From an uncultured Pseudomonadota bacterium (GTDB taxonomy: Bacteria; Oederibacteriota; Muellerivitia; Muellerivitales; Muellerivitaceae): DNA of 64,000 bases. The DNA is taken from contig CAWIIP010000004.1 of the NCBI GenBank assembly GCA_963836235.1, positions 768,001 to 832,000 on the forward strand. The letters run 5' to 3'. A program made the position numbers and the translations under genes. The stretch's first letter is position 1. Each line of letters begins with the position of its first letter. Below are positions 39,152 to 48,125 of this stretch, piece after piece. The notes under the pieces were generated by a model. It was not told the DNA's origin, did no database searches, and was given only the letters and a program-made list of their open reading frames with translations.

Positions 39152-39820
39152 GTGATCTACGCCATTGGCGACATTCACGGTTGTTTGAAAGCCTTGAAGG
39201 AATTGATGGATGAATTACCGGTAACGGACAGCGATGAAGTCGTGTTCCTCGGCGATTACATCGACCGGGGGCCGGACAGCAAAGGTGTTTTGGATTATCT
39301 CTTATCCAACCAAAAGCCGAATTGGCATTTCCTGCGTGGAAACCACGAGCAGATGCTGTTGGACTGGCTTGGCACGCCCAACCCGCTAGCGGCCGCCAAT
39401 TGGCTCCTCAACGGCGGTCACCAAACCCTTCAATCCTACGTGCCTAAAGAGAAGCTGGATGAGGTACGCGGGGAAGGGGCCCATATTTTGCTTCAGTCTT
39501 ATATTCCCCATACCCACGTGGAGTTTTTGAATGCCCTTCCCTTGATTCTGGACCGGCCCGAAGCTTTCTTTTGCCACGCCGGAATCAACTTGGATAATCC
39601 CTTGAGCGCGCAGGAACCGGACGACCTTTTGTGGATCCGCCGGAAATTTATACAGGATCCTCGACCCACACCCAAGCTGATTGTCCATGGACATACCCCC
39701 ATCCTGGAGTTGGATACGACCCGCGACCGCATCAATTTGGATACGGGGTGTGTTTATGGCAATTATTTGACCGCCATGTCCCTGCCTGATAAAAAGATTT
39801 ACCAGACCAAACAAAATTAA
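39152..39820 (+). CDS. Calcineurin-like metallophosphoesterase (Ser/Thr phosphatase, ApaH/PrpA-like)
   Basis: GDIHG, GDYIDRG, RGNHE, HAG, HGHTP, DTG. Confidence 0.93.
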   Translation: MIYAIGDIHGCLKALKELMDELPVTDSDEVVFLGDYIDRGPDSKGVLDYLLSNQKPNWHFLRGNHEQMLLDWLGTPNPLAAANWLLNGGHQTLQSYVPKEKLDEVRGEGAHILLQSYIPHTHVEFLNALPLILDRPEAFFCHAGINLDNPLSAQEPDDLLWIRRKFIQDPRPTPKLIVHGHTPILELDTTRDRINLDTGCVYGNYLTAMSLPDKKIYQTKQN

Positions 39821-40509
39821 TTTTTTGGGCTTGACTCAAGTTTACGAAACTTCTTTTCGAATTTAGACGAGGCTTCGGCCAAGGCCATTTCGGCGTGGAT
39901 GCCGGTGGATTGGGCAAGCTGGGCAAAAGTCAGGAGGAACTCCCCGGCGGATTTCTCTTTCTTCTTTTTGCTGCCGTCGGCCAATGACCGTTGGAAGCTT
40001 TTCCAAAGTTTTTCCAGTTCTTTTTCAAGTTTTAAGTCTCTTTTGGTTTTACGGTGTTTTGAGATCTTTTCATGCATCCGCTGGGCGCGCAGAAGCGCGG
40101 GAAGGGACTTGGGGAGTCCGTCTAAGGTGGATTTTCTTTCGGGTTTTTCCTGGCGCTTCAATTCTTCCCATTTGCGGTTGATATCGGCAATCTTTCGGCT
40201 GGCTCCCTTGCCGAACACATGGGGATGGCGTCGGACGAGTTTGTCGCCGATGGTTTTGGCCACGTCCTGGAGGTTAAACCGGCCCTTCTCCTTCTCTAAT
40301 TGGGCGTGAAAAACCACTTGGAGAAGGACGTCGCCCAGTTCTTCCCGCAGTGATTCAGGGCTGCCGCTGTCGATAGCGTCCAAGGCCTCATGGGCTTCCT
40401 CCAGCAGGTAAGGTTTCAGGCTCTTGTGGGTCTGCCGCTTGTCCCAGGGGCAACCGCTTTTGGAACGTAATCGGGTCATTAATTTTTCCAGCCGATTAAG
40501 ATAATCCAT
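39817..40509 (-). CDS. mazG: Nucleoside triphosphate pyrophosphohydrolase MazG
   Basis: GCPWD.RQT, EEAHE, EELGDVLLQV, KLVRRHPHVF; second domain degenerate. Confidence 0.92.
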   Translation of the reverse strand: MDYLNRLEKLMTRLRSKSGCPWDKRQTHKSLKPYLLEEAHEALDAIDSGSPESLREELGDVLLQVVFHAQLEKEKGRFNLQDVAKTIGDKLVRRHPHVFGKGASRKIADINRKWEELKRQEKPERKSTLDGLPKSLPALLRAQRMHEKISKHRKTKRDLKLEKELEKLWKSFQRSLADGSKKKKEKSAGEFLLTFAQLAQSTGIHAEMALAEASSKFEKKFRKLESSPKN

Positions 40510-40580
40510 ACTTGCCTCCGAAGTGGAGGGACTTTAACATGAAGCCGTATTAATTCCAATCGAGATACCGGAAGGGGAAA

Positions 40581-42329
40581 ATGCCATTACCTTTATGGAC
40601 TGAACGGCTCCTGAAACTGCCGGGAGTCAAACACTTTAAGTCCCACATGCTTAAAAGCGGCCACACCGAAGAGGAATCTAACGCGGGCGCCCTGGCCGCC
40701 GGCGGCTTAGCCTTGTTTTTGGCGATTATTATTTTTAACACTTTTATATTTGGAGTCATTCGGGGTTCTTTTCAGAACATTTGGAACTATTGCCAAAAGA
40801 ATCAAAACGAGGCCATTGGGGTCGCTATTTTCGGGACGATGATGCTTTTGGCTCTCCTCTTCCAGCTCTTAAGAAGCATGAGTTTGAAGACCGCCGAAAA
40901 AGAAAGGGGAATTCGGAATATCCGGCACAAAATTGAGGAGAAAAGGGATTATTTAAAAAGAGGCGCGATGGGAAACGTGGAAGAAATCCTCCGCTTTTAC
41001 CTTTCGGAAAAGTACCCGGAAATTGAAATCAAGTCGGTCCATATGGTCGATATGATCCCGCGCGTCCGTTTTATGGTCAGGCGGTTCAATACCGAATTGG
41101 GCGGCGAAGTGGACAAGAACTATGAGCTTTTTCGGGACACCCTTTTCGCGGACACCTTGCATGTCCTGGAGGTCGTTTTTTTCCTTTCCGAAAACATCAA
41201 CGTGGCCATCGTGGATGGGATGATGAACTTTATCAGCGGGAAAGCCAAGTATTACGACGGGCATGTCTTGAGCGTGAAGGCCCAAAGGGATGTTTTTGAG
41301 CATACCCGGGAAAAGAAATTAGCGCCTTTCAAGGTCCTCACCTCCTTTGACCTCCGTTATAACGATGGAATGGAAGTGAAGCCCATGCCCGAAGAGGAAA
41401 GCAAAACGGCCAAGGTCATCGAACGCCTCATGGAAAACGCTCCGAGGATTAACGTGCGGTATGAATCGGCAAAAACCAAAGTGGAAGACGGGTGGGAAAA
41501 ACCCAAGGTTATGGAAGAGCCCGAGGTCATTCAGGAAACCCTTCGGGGAAAAGAATTCAGCTCGATGCCCCTCGCCGAGTTCCAAGACCTGGTTTTGAGG
41601 GTTTTGGCGAAGATGAGCTTTGAAGTTCAAAAGGTCAAAAAGGTTCCCGGCGGAACCCTTCAAATCCAGGCCGATTTCTCCCATCCGGTGGTGGGGGGGA
41701 GTTTCCTGGTGCTGGCGAGGCAATATCCCGAGACCGCCCCGGTTCACGCGGATTTGATCCGTGAATTGGATGAGGTGACGAGGGAAGAAGCCTGCAAAAG
41801 GGGCATCTATATCGTGACCGGCCGATTTACGGAAGAAGCCAAGAATATATCCCGCAAGATGGCGGTGGATTTGGTGGATGGGGTGAAGTTGACTGAGCTG
41901 ATCGAGGGCCCGCATTACGACGGAAGGTGGACCTTCCGTGTGGTGGATGAGAAGGGCGTGGTCACGGATTTGAGCAAAATGCCCCTTTTGAATTTCGAGA
42001 GGGAAGTGGATCTGTTTTTGAAAAGCATGGGGTTTCGGCTGGATAAAATCCGGCGGGTTCCGGGAGGGGCGGTGGTGGCGGTAGCCGACTTCCCCCATCC
42101 GATAACGGGCGGTAAATTTTGCGTGTTGGGAAGACAATTTCCGGCGGGAGAAAGGGTTCCCGCCGAATTGGTCAGCGAAATGAGCCATGTCATGAGATCC
42201 GAATTTTGTTACCGGGGAATATTGCTGGTTCCCGCCGACTATGCCATGGACGCGAGGGCCTTGGCGAGGTTCTCCAACGTGGAACTGGTGGACCGGAATA
42301 CCTGGGAAAATCTCCGGCGCCAAATTTGA
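40581..42329 (+). CDS. Membrane protein with two C-terminal Mrr-like (restriction endonuclease fold) domains
   Basis: Two N-terminal TM helices; repeated unit MP...F...V...L..MGF....RGI.IVTG.FT.EA......VDLVDG. Confidence 0.7.
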   Translation: MPLPLWTERLLKLPGVKHFKSHMLKSGHTEEESNAGALAAGGLALFLAIIIFNTFIFGVIRGSFQNIWNYCQKNQNEAIGVAIFGTMMLLALLFQLLRSMSLKTAEKERGIRNIRHKIEEKRDYLKRGAMGNVEEILRFYLSEKYPEIEIKSVHMVDMIPRVRFMVRRFNTELGGEVDKNYELFRDTLFADTLHVLEVVFFLSENINVAIVDGMMNFISGKAKYYDGHVLSVKAQRDVFEHTREKKLAPFKVLTSFDLRYNDGMEVKPMPEEESKTAKVIERLMENAPRINVRYESAKTKVEDGWEKPKVMEEPEVIQETLRGKEFSSMPLAEFQDLVLRVLAKMSFEVQKVKKVPGGTLQIQADFSHPVVGGSFLVLARQYPETAPVHADLIRELDEVTREEACKRGIYIVTGRFTEEAKNISRKMAVDLVDGVKLTELIEGPHYDGRWTFRVVDEKGVVTDLSKMPLLNFEREVDLFLKSMGFRLDKIRRVPGGAVVAVADFPHPITGGKFCVLGRQFPAGERVPAELVSEMSHVMRSEFCYRGILLVPADYAMDARALARFSNVELVDRNTWENLRRQI

Positions 42330-42460
42330 CAAGGTGTTGATTTCGGCGGCCTTCATTTCCAGGCGCGGTATTTGACGATCGATAATCTCCTGTTTGCGCT
42401 CTTGACATATAAAAAAAGTAGAAGTATTCATTGTGTTAAATTCCCTTAAGGAGGACGCCT

Positions 42461-42889
42461 TTGGCCCGCAAGCGTGGTCACGAAGAAGATGAGGATATCC
42501 GAGATGACGATGAAATGGACGATAAGAAAACCGTTGATGATGATGATGATGATGATGATGAGGATGACGACGACGATGACACCATCGATTTAGACAAAGC
42601 CGAAGAAGAGGAAGATGACGACGACGACGTCGATGATGATGACGACGATGAGGAGGACAAGGGCAAGTCCGTCGAGCAGATCGAGCGTCAGAAGCTGTTT
42701 CAGGCCGAGGCGGAAGACATCCTGGAAAGCCTGACAATGGACGATGTCCGGGAGGTGCTGAAAGAAAACGACTTGGAAGAAGGCTTAGCCTCCAAGTTGA
42801 AGAAACATTTGCTGGAAGTCATCAACGAAGGGGAAGTGGTTTCGATGGACGAGGCCTGGGAAGAAGCTATTGAGCGGCTGGAGGAATAA
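42461..42889 (+). CDS. Highly acidic protein with poly-Asp/Glu N-terminal half
   Basis: AAGGAGG RBS before TTG; own terminator; mixed GAT/GAC/GAA codons. Confidence 0.8.
   Translation: MARKRGHEEDEDIRDDDEMDDKKTVDDDDDDDDEDDDDDDTIDLDKAEEEEDDDDDVDDDDDDEEDKGKSVEQIERQKLFQAEAEDILESLTMDDVREVLKENDLEEGLASKLKKHLLEVINEGEVVSMDEAWEEAIERLEE
42536..42559 (+). repeat. (GAT)8 coding microsatellite
   Basis: Eight perfect GAT units inside a longer GAY tract. Confidence 0.9.
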
Positions 42890-42903
42890 AAGGTTTTGAC
42901 GGC

Positions 42904-42935
42904 AAGCCCGGGAAGATTACTTCCCGGGCTTTTTT
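42904..42935 (+). terminator. Intrinsic terminator
   Basis: AAGCCCGGGAAG-ATTA-CTTCCCGGGCTT plus T-run. Confidence 0.9.
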
Positions 42936-42995
42936 GTTTCCGGCGATGGTTGTGGGTGACACTTGAATGATGGGTTGTGTTAAACTCTAGCCACC

Positions 42996-43526
42996 ATGGT
43001 CCAAGAATATTTTTTAAATTTAAGCTTTTTGTGGCTTCGGCCTTCCGAGTTTTTTCAAAAGCATTACGACGCCGACGGCGAGAATAAGGCCTTTCGTTTC
43101 GCCAATATCACCGGGATTCTCGTGGCATTGGAATTGGGGGTGGCCGAAATCTTTTCCGGCGGCTCCGTCACCAATGTGATCCTTGTGACGCTGGTGATGC
43201 TTTTGGGGATGCCTTTTTTCGTCAATGCCTGGATTTACCTTTGGTCGGGTTTTATGAAACTTTGCGCTTATATGCTGGGGGAGACCCTGCCTTTGGAGCC
43301 GGTGAGGCAAGTAGTGGCCTATTCGGTGGCCGGGCTCACGCTTTTCGGAGTCGGGTATGGACTGGGGAAGTGGCTGGCCCTGGCGACCTTTGTTTTTCAG
43401 ATATTCGGAGTCGAAAAAGTCCTGCGGTGCTCCCGTTGGACGGCGGGGATTTACGTGGGACTGCCTTTTTCCCTCGTCGCGGTTTTAACCGGTTTTGTGA
43501 TCTTTATGTTCAAGGTGTTTAAATGA
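42996..43526 (+). CDS. YIP1-like membrane protein
   Basis: RPSEFF near N-terminus, about 5 TM helices, VVAYS. Confidence 0.65.
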   Translation: MVQEYFLNLSFLWLRPSEFFQKHYDADGENKAFRFANITGILVALELGVAEIFSGGSVTNVILVTLVMLLGMPFFVNAWIYLWSGFMKLCAYMLGETLPLEPVRQVVAYSVAGLTLFGVGYGLGKWLALATFVFQIFGVEKVLRCSRWTAGIYVGLPFSLVAVLTGFVIFMFKVFK

Positions 43527-43876
43527 AAGCCCCATTGTCCTCATCCCCGCCGCGAACTTCCCGTCTTGGGGTGACTTCCCGCGGGGTGAGAGTTTCCGCC
43601 GCCGGAGGAGCAGCCGACACGGAACAAGGCATGGTCCTTTCCTACCGTTGGGTTTGGTACTTACTTTCATTTTTTATCCCTTTCTCGGGCATGTTGATCG
43701 CCCTTTTCTTGTACGACCAGGATTCACGGGAAGTCTGGAAGGTGGGCCGTAACTGCCTGCTGATCGCCTTTATCGTTTGGGTGATATTGCCCCTGGTCGT
43801 GCTTTTTACTCTTTTCTTGGTGTGCGTCCTCGCCTTCGCCGATTGGTTCACCGACATCTTGTCGCCGACGGATTAA
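43523..43876 (+). CDS. Hypothetical membrane protein
   Basis: ATGA overlap with previous gene; two hydrophobic segments. Confidence 0.6.
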   Translation: MKAPLSSSPPRTSRLGVTSRGVRVSAAGGAADTEQGMVLSYRWVWYLLSFFIPFSGMLIALFLYDQDSREVWKVGRNCLLIAFIVWVILPLVVLFTLFLVCVLAFADWFTDILSPTD

Positions 43877-43946
43877 CCGTTATTTCCCCTTCGATTTGAC
43901 AGGCGCCTGAAATGAAAAAAAACTTCAAACGAAAAGTGGCTTCCTG

Positions 43947-44678
43947 ATGCCGTCGGTCCTGATTACGGGGGGTACCCGTGGGATCGGCTTAGCCCTCAGC
44001 AAGGCCTTCGCCCAAAAGGGCTGGACCGTGGCCGCTTGCTACCATCAGGATGAGGCGTCCGCCGCCCAAGCCTCGCAAGAACTATCGTCGATCACCCCGA
44101 AATTTTTCCTGTCCAAGTGCGATGTTTCCGTCGAAAGCGAAGTGTCCGGGTTGGTTCAATTCGCCCTGGAAAAATTGGGGAGCTTAGACTGCGTGATCCA
44201 CAACGCGGGCGCCACTTGGAACGCCCGCCTTCTCAACGTGGAAGAGGCCCAATGGGACGCGACCATGGGGGTCCATTTGAAAGGCGCGTTCCTGCTTTCC
44301 AAAGCCTGCCTCCGGCCCATGCTCAAACAAAAAAACGGCCACTATATCTTTATTTCATCGGTGGTAGCCACCACCGGCAATATCGGACAGGGAAGTTACA
44401 CGGCAGCCAAAGCCGGCATCATCGGACTGGCCCGCAGTGTGGCCCGGGAATATGGCGGTAAAAACATCCGGTCCAACGTGGTTTGTCCCGGTTTCCATAA
44501 AACGCGCATCGCGGACGGGCTTTCCCCTGAGGCGGAGGAGAATATCCGAAGCCGTCATCTCTTGGGAAAGACCACGGATTTAAACGAAGTGGCCGAATTC
44601 ACGGTTTGGCTGGCCGGCACTCAATCCATATCGGGGCAGGTCTTTAACCTCGATTCGCGGTTGCCGGGATGGCTATAA
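43947..44678 (+). CDS. fabG: 3-oxoacyl-ACP reductase-like SDR
   Basis: TGGTRGIG, HNAG, ISSV..GNIGQ.SYTAAKAG, NVVCPGF. Confidence 0.82.
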   Translation: MPSVLITGGTRGIGLALSKAFAQKGWTVAACYHQDEASAAQASQELSSITPKFFLSKCDVSVESEVSGLVQFALEKLGSLDCVIHNAGATWNARLLNVEEAQWDATMGVHLKGAFLLSKACLRPMLKQKNGHYIFISSVVATTGNIGQGSYTAAKAGIIGLARSVAREYGGKNIRSNVVCPGFHKTRIADGLSPEAEENIRSRHLLGKTTDLNEVAEFTVWLAGTQSISGQVFNLDSRLPGWL

Positions 44679-44722
44679 AAGGCGGGTTTGAGTTTTGAAT
44701 TTTGAGCTCTTAGTTACAAACC

Positions 44723-45901
44723 ATGACTGAATCTATCGTCGTGACCGGGTATGGAATGACGACCCCCCTGGGGGCCAATTCCGAAACGACCTGGAACTCA
44801 CTGATGGACGGCCGCAAGGCATTTCAGGTTTTGAAGGGCCAAGAATGGGAGGCCTTTGACCATCCCCGCGCCGCCCAGGCTTTGGAAGTCTGGATTCCGC
44901 AAACCTTGATCCGGTGTGACCGGTCCCTCCAGTTGGGTGTGGTCGCCGCCCAGGAAGCTTGGAAAGCCGCTGGTTTGTACCGAGTTTCTCCTGACCGGAT
45001 CGGCACCACTTTTTCTTCCAGCAAGGGTGGCGTGCTGAGCCTTTTACAGGTGGGGTTGGACCCTACTGTCAGCTGGGATTTCCTCAACGAATTCTTTCCT
45101 CACGCGGGCGGGCGATTGTTAGCCGAGTGTTTTGGGTTTAACGGCCCCTCCCTTTCCGTCGCGTCTGCCTGCTCAACCGGCTTGGGAAGTTTGGCGATGG
45201 GCGCCCGGCTGTTGGAAGACGGGGAATGCGACGCGGTTATCGTGGGAAGCACTGAAGCTTCCATTCATCCCCTCATTTACGCCGGGTTTCAAAATATGGG
45301 GATATTCACCCACAAACCGGAAGGGCCATCCCCCTTTGATTCCACGAGGGATGGTTTTTTAATGGGCGAAGGATCGGCGGTGCTGATTTTGGAAAGGGAA
45401 AAGTCCGCCAAAAAGCGAAAGGCCCCCATCTTCGCCAGGGTCTCAGGCTGGGCTTTGGGCGCGGACGCGACGGCAATGTTGGAAATGGAACCCCAGGGCC
45501 ATTCTATTGTCTCGGTGATCGAAAGAACGCTTCGCAAGGCCGGATTGAAACCCTCCGACATCGGCTATATTAACGCCCATGGCACGGGGACGCCTTTGAA
45601 CGACCGGGTGGAATCCAAGGCTTTGAACCGGGTGTTTGGTGACTCTCAAACCTGGGTCAGTTCGACCAAGGGGGCGACGGGCCATCTGTTGGGAGCGGCG
45701 GGAAGCGTGGAGGCGGTTTTGTCCATCCTGGCTTTGAACCGGGGGGAACTGCCCGAGACCCGGAATTTGGAGAACCCCGACCCGGAATGCCAGATTCGCC
45801 ATGTCGAAAAGGGCGGTATGAAGCGGAAGGTGGATCATGTGATGTCGCTGTCTTATGGTTTTGGGGGGCAATTAGGGGCGGTTGTTTTTTCAAAAGCCTG
45901 A
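44723..45901 (+). CDS. fabF: Beta-ketoacyl-ACP synthase, FabF/FabB-like
   Basis: Cys-His-His triad: SACS, NAHGTGT, TGHLLG; GEGS, SYGFGG. Confidence 0.85.
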   Translation: MTESIVVTGYGMTTPLGANSETTWNSLMDGRKAFQVLKGQEWEAFDHPRAAQALEVWIPQTLIRCDRSLQLGVVAAQEAWKAAGLYRVSPDRIGTTFSSSKGGVLSLLQVGLDPTVSWDFLNEFFPHAGGRLLAECFGFNGPSLSVASACSTGLGSLAMGARLLEDGECDAVIVGSTEASIHPLIYAGFQNMGIFTHKPEGPSPFDSTRDGFLMGEGSAVLILEREKSAKKRKAPIFARVSGWALGADATAMLEMEPQGHSIVSVIERTLRKAGLKPSDIGYINAHGTGTPLNDRVESKALNRVFGDSQTWVSSTKGATGHLLGAAGSVEAVLSILALNRGELPETRNLENPDPECQIRHVEKGGMKRKVDHVMSLSYGFGGQLGAVVFSKA

Positions 45902-45904
45902 TTG

Positions 45905-45998
45905 AACCACCAAGACACTAAGGGCACCAAGAAAATCGATAAATTGGAACTTTAAAATCATACTTGCCTTACTTGGTGCCCTTGGTGTCTTGGTGGTT
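45905..45998. repeat. Hairpin repeat family, copy A
   Basis: 27-bp arms AACCACCAAGACACTAAGGGCACCAAG / CTTGGTGCCCTTGGTGTCTTGGTGGTT, 40-nt loop. Confidence 0.92.
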
Positions 45999-46024
45999 AA
46001 CATTTTGTTTGAAAGAGGTTTTTC

Positions 46025-47179
46025 TTGAGCTGGATTGACGACATACATGAGGAACTTCACATATTAGATCACGATGGCCTGCGGCGGCGTCTTCGTGTCG
46101 TGGATTACCTCGGCGGCATGAGGGCTTCCGTTAATCACAAGGATTGCGTCCTCTTTTGCACCAACAACTACTTGGGGCTGGCCGACCATCCGAAGGTTTT
46201 GGAGCGTTCCCAAAAGGCACTTCTGCGCTTCGGCGCGGGGGCTCAGGCTTCCCGGTTGGTCTCGGGGCATTTTCCCATTCATATGCAGTTGGAGGAAATC
46301 ACGGCTCTCTTTAAAGGGTCGGAGGCTTGTCTGTCATTCCCGACAGGTTATATGGCCAACCTGGCGACCATTTCGGCCATGGTGGGGGAAGAAGATGCCA
46401 TTCTTTGTGACCGTCTGAACCATGCCAGCCTAATCGATGCTTGCCGAATGTCCAAGGCCAAGTTCCTGATTTACGAGCATCTCAATCTGGATGATCTCAA
46501 AAAACAATTGGAACGGGCGAGTGAATACCGCCGCCGGTTGATCGTCACCGAATCCCTTTTCAGCATGGATGGGGACTTGGCTCCGCTTCTCAAAATTACC
46601 AACCTGGCCCATGAACATGATGCCTTGGTTATGGTGGACGACGCCCATGGAACAGGGGTGTTGGGAGAGAGCGGACAGGGGGGTACCCATCATTTTCCCT
46701 TGAAGCACTTTCCGGCGGTGGTCACGGGCACTTATAGCAAGGCGCTGGGCAGCGTGGGCGGGTTTGTCTGCGGCCCGCAGATTTTCATCGAGTATCTTTT
46801 AAATAAAGCCCGCACTTTTATTTACACCACCGGCCTGCCGCCCGCCGCTTGCGGGGCTTCGCTGGGCGCTTTGGAGGTTTTACAGCAGGAACCCCAAAGG
46901 GTGGAGAAGCTTTGGGACAATGCCAAGAAAATCCGGGATGGTTTGCGGGCTTTGGGCTACGACATTCCCCGGGGCGGTTGGCCGATCATGCCGATCATCG
47001 TGGGGGAAAATGAGGAAGCGGTGAAGATGTCCGAAAAACTCTTGGAAGAAGGCATACTGGTGGTCGCCATCCGCCCGCCCACGGTGCCTAAAGGTACGGC
47101 TCGTTTACGGTTGTCCGTTTCAGCGGCCCATACGGATGAAAATATTCAAAAGCTGTTCGATGCGTTTAAAAAGCTTTAG
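46025..47179 (+). CDS. bioF: 8-amino-7-oxononanoate synthase
   Basis: NNYLGL, NHASLID, FSMDGD, DDAHG, TYSKALG, IRPPTVP. Confidence 0.95.
   Translation: MSWIDDIHEELHILDHDGLRRRLRVVDYLGGMRASVNHKDCVLFCTNNYLGLADHPKVLERSQKALLRFGAGAQASRLVSGHFPIHMQLEEITALFKGSEACLSFPTGYMANLATISAMVGEEDAILCDRLNHASLIDACRMSKAKFLIYEHLNLDDLKKQLERASEYRRRLIVTESLFSMDGDLAPLLKITNLAHEHDALVMVDDAHGTGVLGESGQGGTHHFPLKHFPAVVTGTYSKALGSVGGFVCGPQIFIEYLLNKARTFIYTTGLPPAACGASLGALEVLQQEPQRVEKLWDNAKKIRDGLRALGYDIPRGGWPIMPIIVGENEEAVKMSEKLLEEGILVVAIRPPTVPKGTARLRLSVSAAHTDENIQKLFDAFKKL
47141..47179 (+). repeat. 3' end of bioF, repeated at 48126-48164
   Basis: AATATTCAAAAGCTGTTCGATGCGTTTAAAAAGCTTTAG. Confidence 0.85.
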
Positions 47180-47187
47180 TCTTATGT

Positions 47188-47359
47188 GTCATTGCGAGGA
47201 GGCCTGGGTTTCAGGCCGAGAAGCTTGTGGTAGTTGGCCTTTGGCCAACCATGCTTGGCCGCAGGCCAAGTACAATCCAAACCATTCAACGAACTGCAGT
47301 TTTTGGACGATTTTCGATTGCCACGTCGGCCCCTAACTGCGGGGCCTCCTCGCAATGAC
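47188..47359. repeat. REP/MITE-like palindromic element with nested hairpins
   Basis: Perfect 17-bp terminal inverted repeat GTCATTGCGAGGAGGCC / GGCCTCCTCGCAATGAC; internal GGCC hairpins. Confidence 0.88.
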
Positions 47360-47401
47360 GGATTTTTTTCAAACCGATTCACTACGGTTTTATCCTCATT
47401 C

Positions 47402-47430
47402 TTGACATATTTATGTACTAGTAATATGCT
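47402..47430 (+). promoter_or_regulatory. Promoter/operator of vapBC
   Basis: TTGACA-N17-TATGCT overlapped by CATATT...AATATG inverted repeat. Confidence 0.7.
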
Positions 47431-47437
47431 TTTATGC

Positions 47438-47695
47438 ATGAGAACGACCCTTCAATTAAATGAACACCTTTATCGGTCAGCCAAACAATTGGCGGCCAAA
47501 ACCCACCGGACCTTGACGGCGGTGATTGAGGATGCCTTGCGGGAGTCCCTTGGCCGCAATAAGAATAAATCCGCTTCCAAAGTTCCCGTAAAGCTTCCCG
47601 TCTTCAACGGTAAAGGCCTTCGCCCAGGGGTGGATTTGGATGATTCAAGCGCCCTCTTGGACCTAGTGGAATCGCATGATCCTTCTGGACGTTAA
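47438..47695 (+). CDS. vapB: VapB-like ribbon-helix-helix antitoxin
   Basis: MRTTL.L...L...AK..AA...TLTAVIEDALR...LPVF...GLRPGVDLDD; overlaps PIN gene. Confidence 0.85.
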   Translation: MRTTLQLNEHLYRSAKQLAAKTHRTLTAVIEDALRESLGRNKNKSASKVPVKLPVFNGKGLRPGVDLDDSSALLDLVESHDPSGR

Positions 47696-48116
47696 CGTAC
47701 TCGTTTACGCCCATCGAGAAGATTCACCCCGCCATTCGGAATACCGTAAATGGTTCGAACAATTGCTGGGAAGCGGCCAAAGCTTCGGCCTTTCCGAATT
47801 GGTCTTGAGCGGCTTTCTGCGGATCGTCACCCATCCCCGTGTTTTTGAAGTACCGACGCCCTTGCCTAGTGCCCTTGAATTCGCCGAAATCCTTCGCCAA
47901 CAGCCCCAATGCGTTTTGGCTTCACCGGGGCCCCGCCATTGGGAAATTTTCAAGGAGCTTTGCTTGGATTGCGAAGCCAAAGGAAACCTAGTCGCGGATG
48001 CCTATCATGCGGCTTTGGCGATGGAAACGGGGATGGAATGGATCACCACTGATCGGGATTATTCCCGTTTCAGGGGTTTGAAGTGGCGGCACCCGCTTGA
48101 AAAGAAGTCGAAGTGA
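47676..48116 (+). CDS. vapC: VapC PIN-domain toxin
   Basis: LLDVNVLVYA, FLRIVTHP, NLVADAYHAALAME, TTDRDY. Confidence 0.92.
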   Translation: MILLDVNVLVYAHREDSPRHSEYRKWFEQLLGSGQSFGLSELVLSGFLRIVTHPRVFEVPTPLPSALEFAEILRQQPQCVLASPGPRHWEIFKELCLDCEAKGNLVADAYHAALAMETGMEWITTDRDYSRFRGLKWRHPLEKKSK

Positions 48117-48125
48117 AGAATCACG

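Noticed and set aside
41319-42737. 472-aa minus-strand ORF with poly-His/Arg
   Set aside because: Antisense shadow of the Mrr-like and poly-Asp genes; His runs come from the GAT tract.
47234-47437. Long N-terminal extension of VapB
   Set aside because: Read-through of the palindromic element and promoter; true start is the ATG at 47438.
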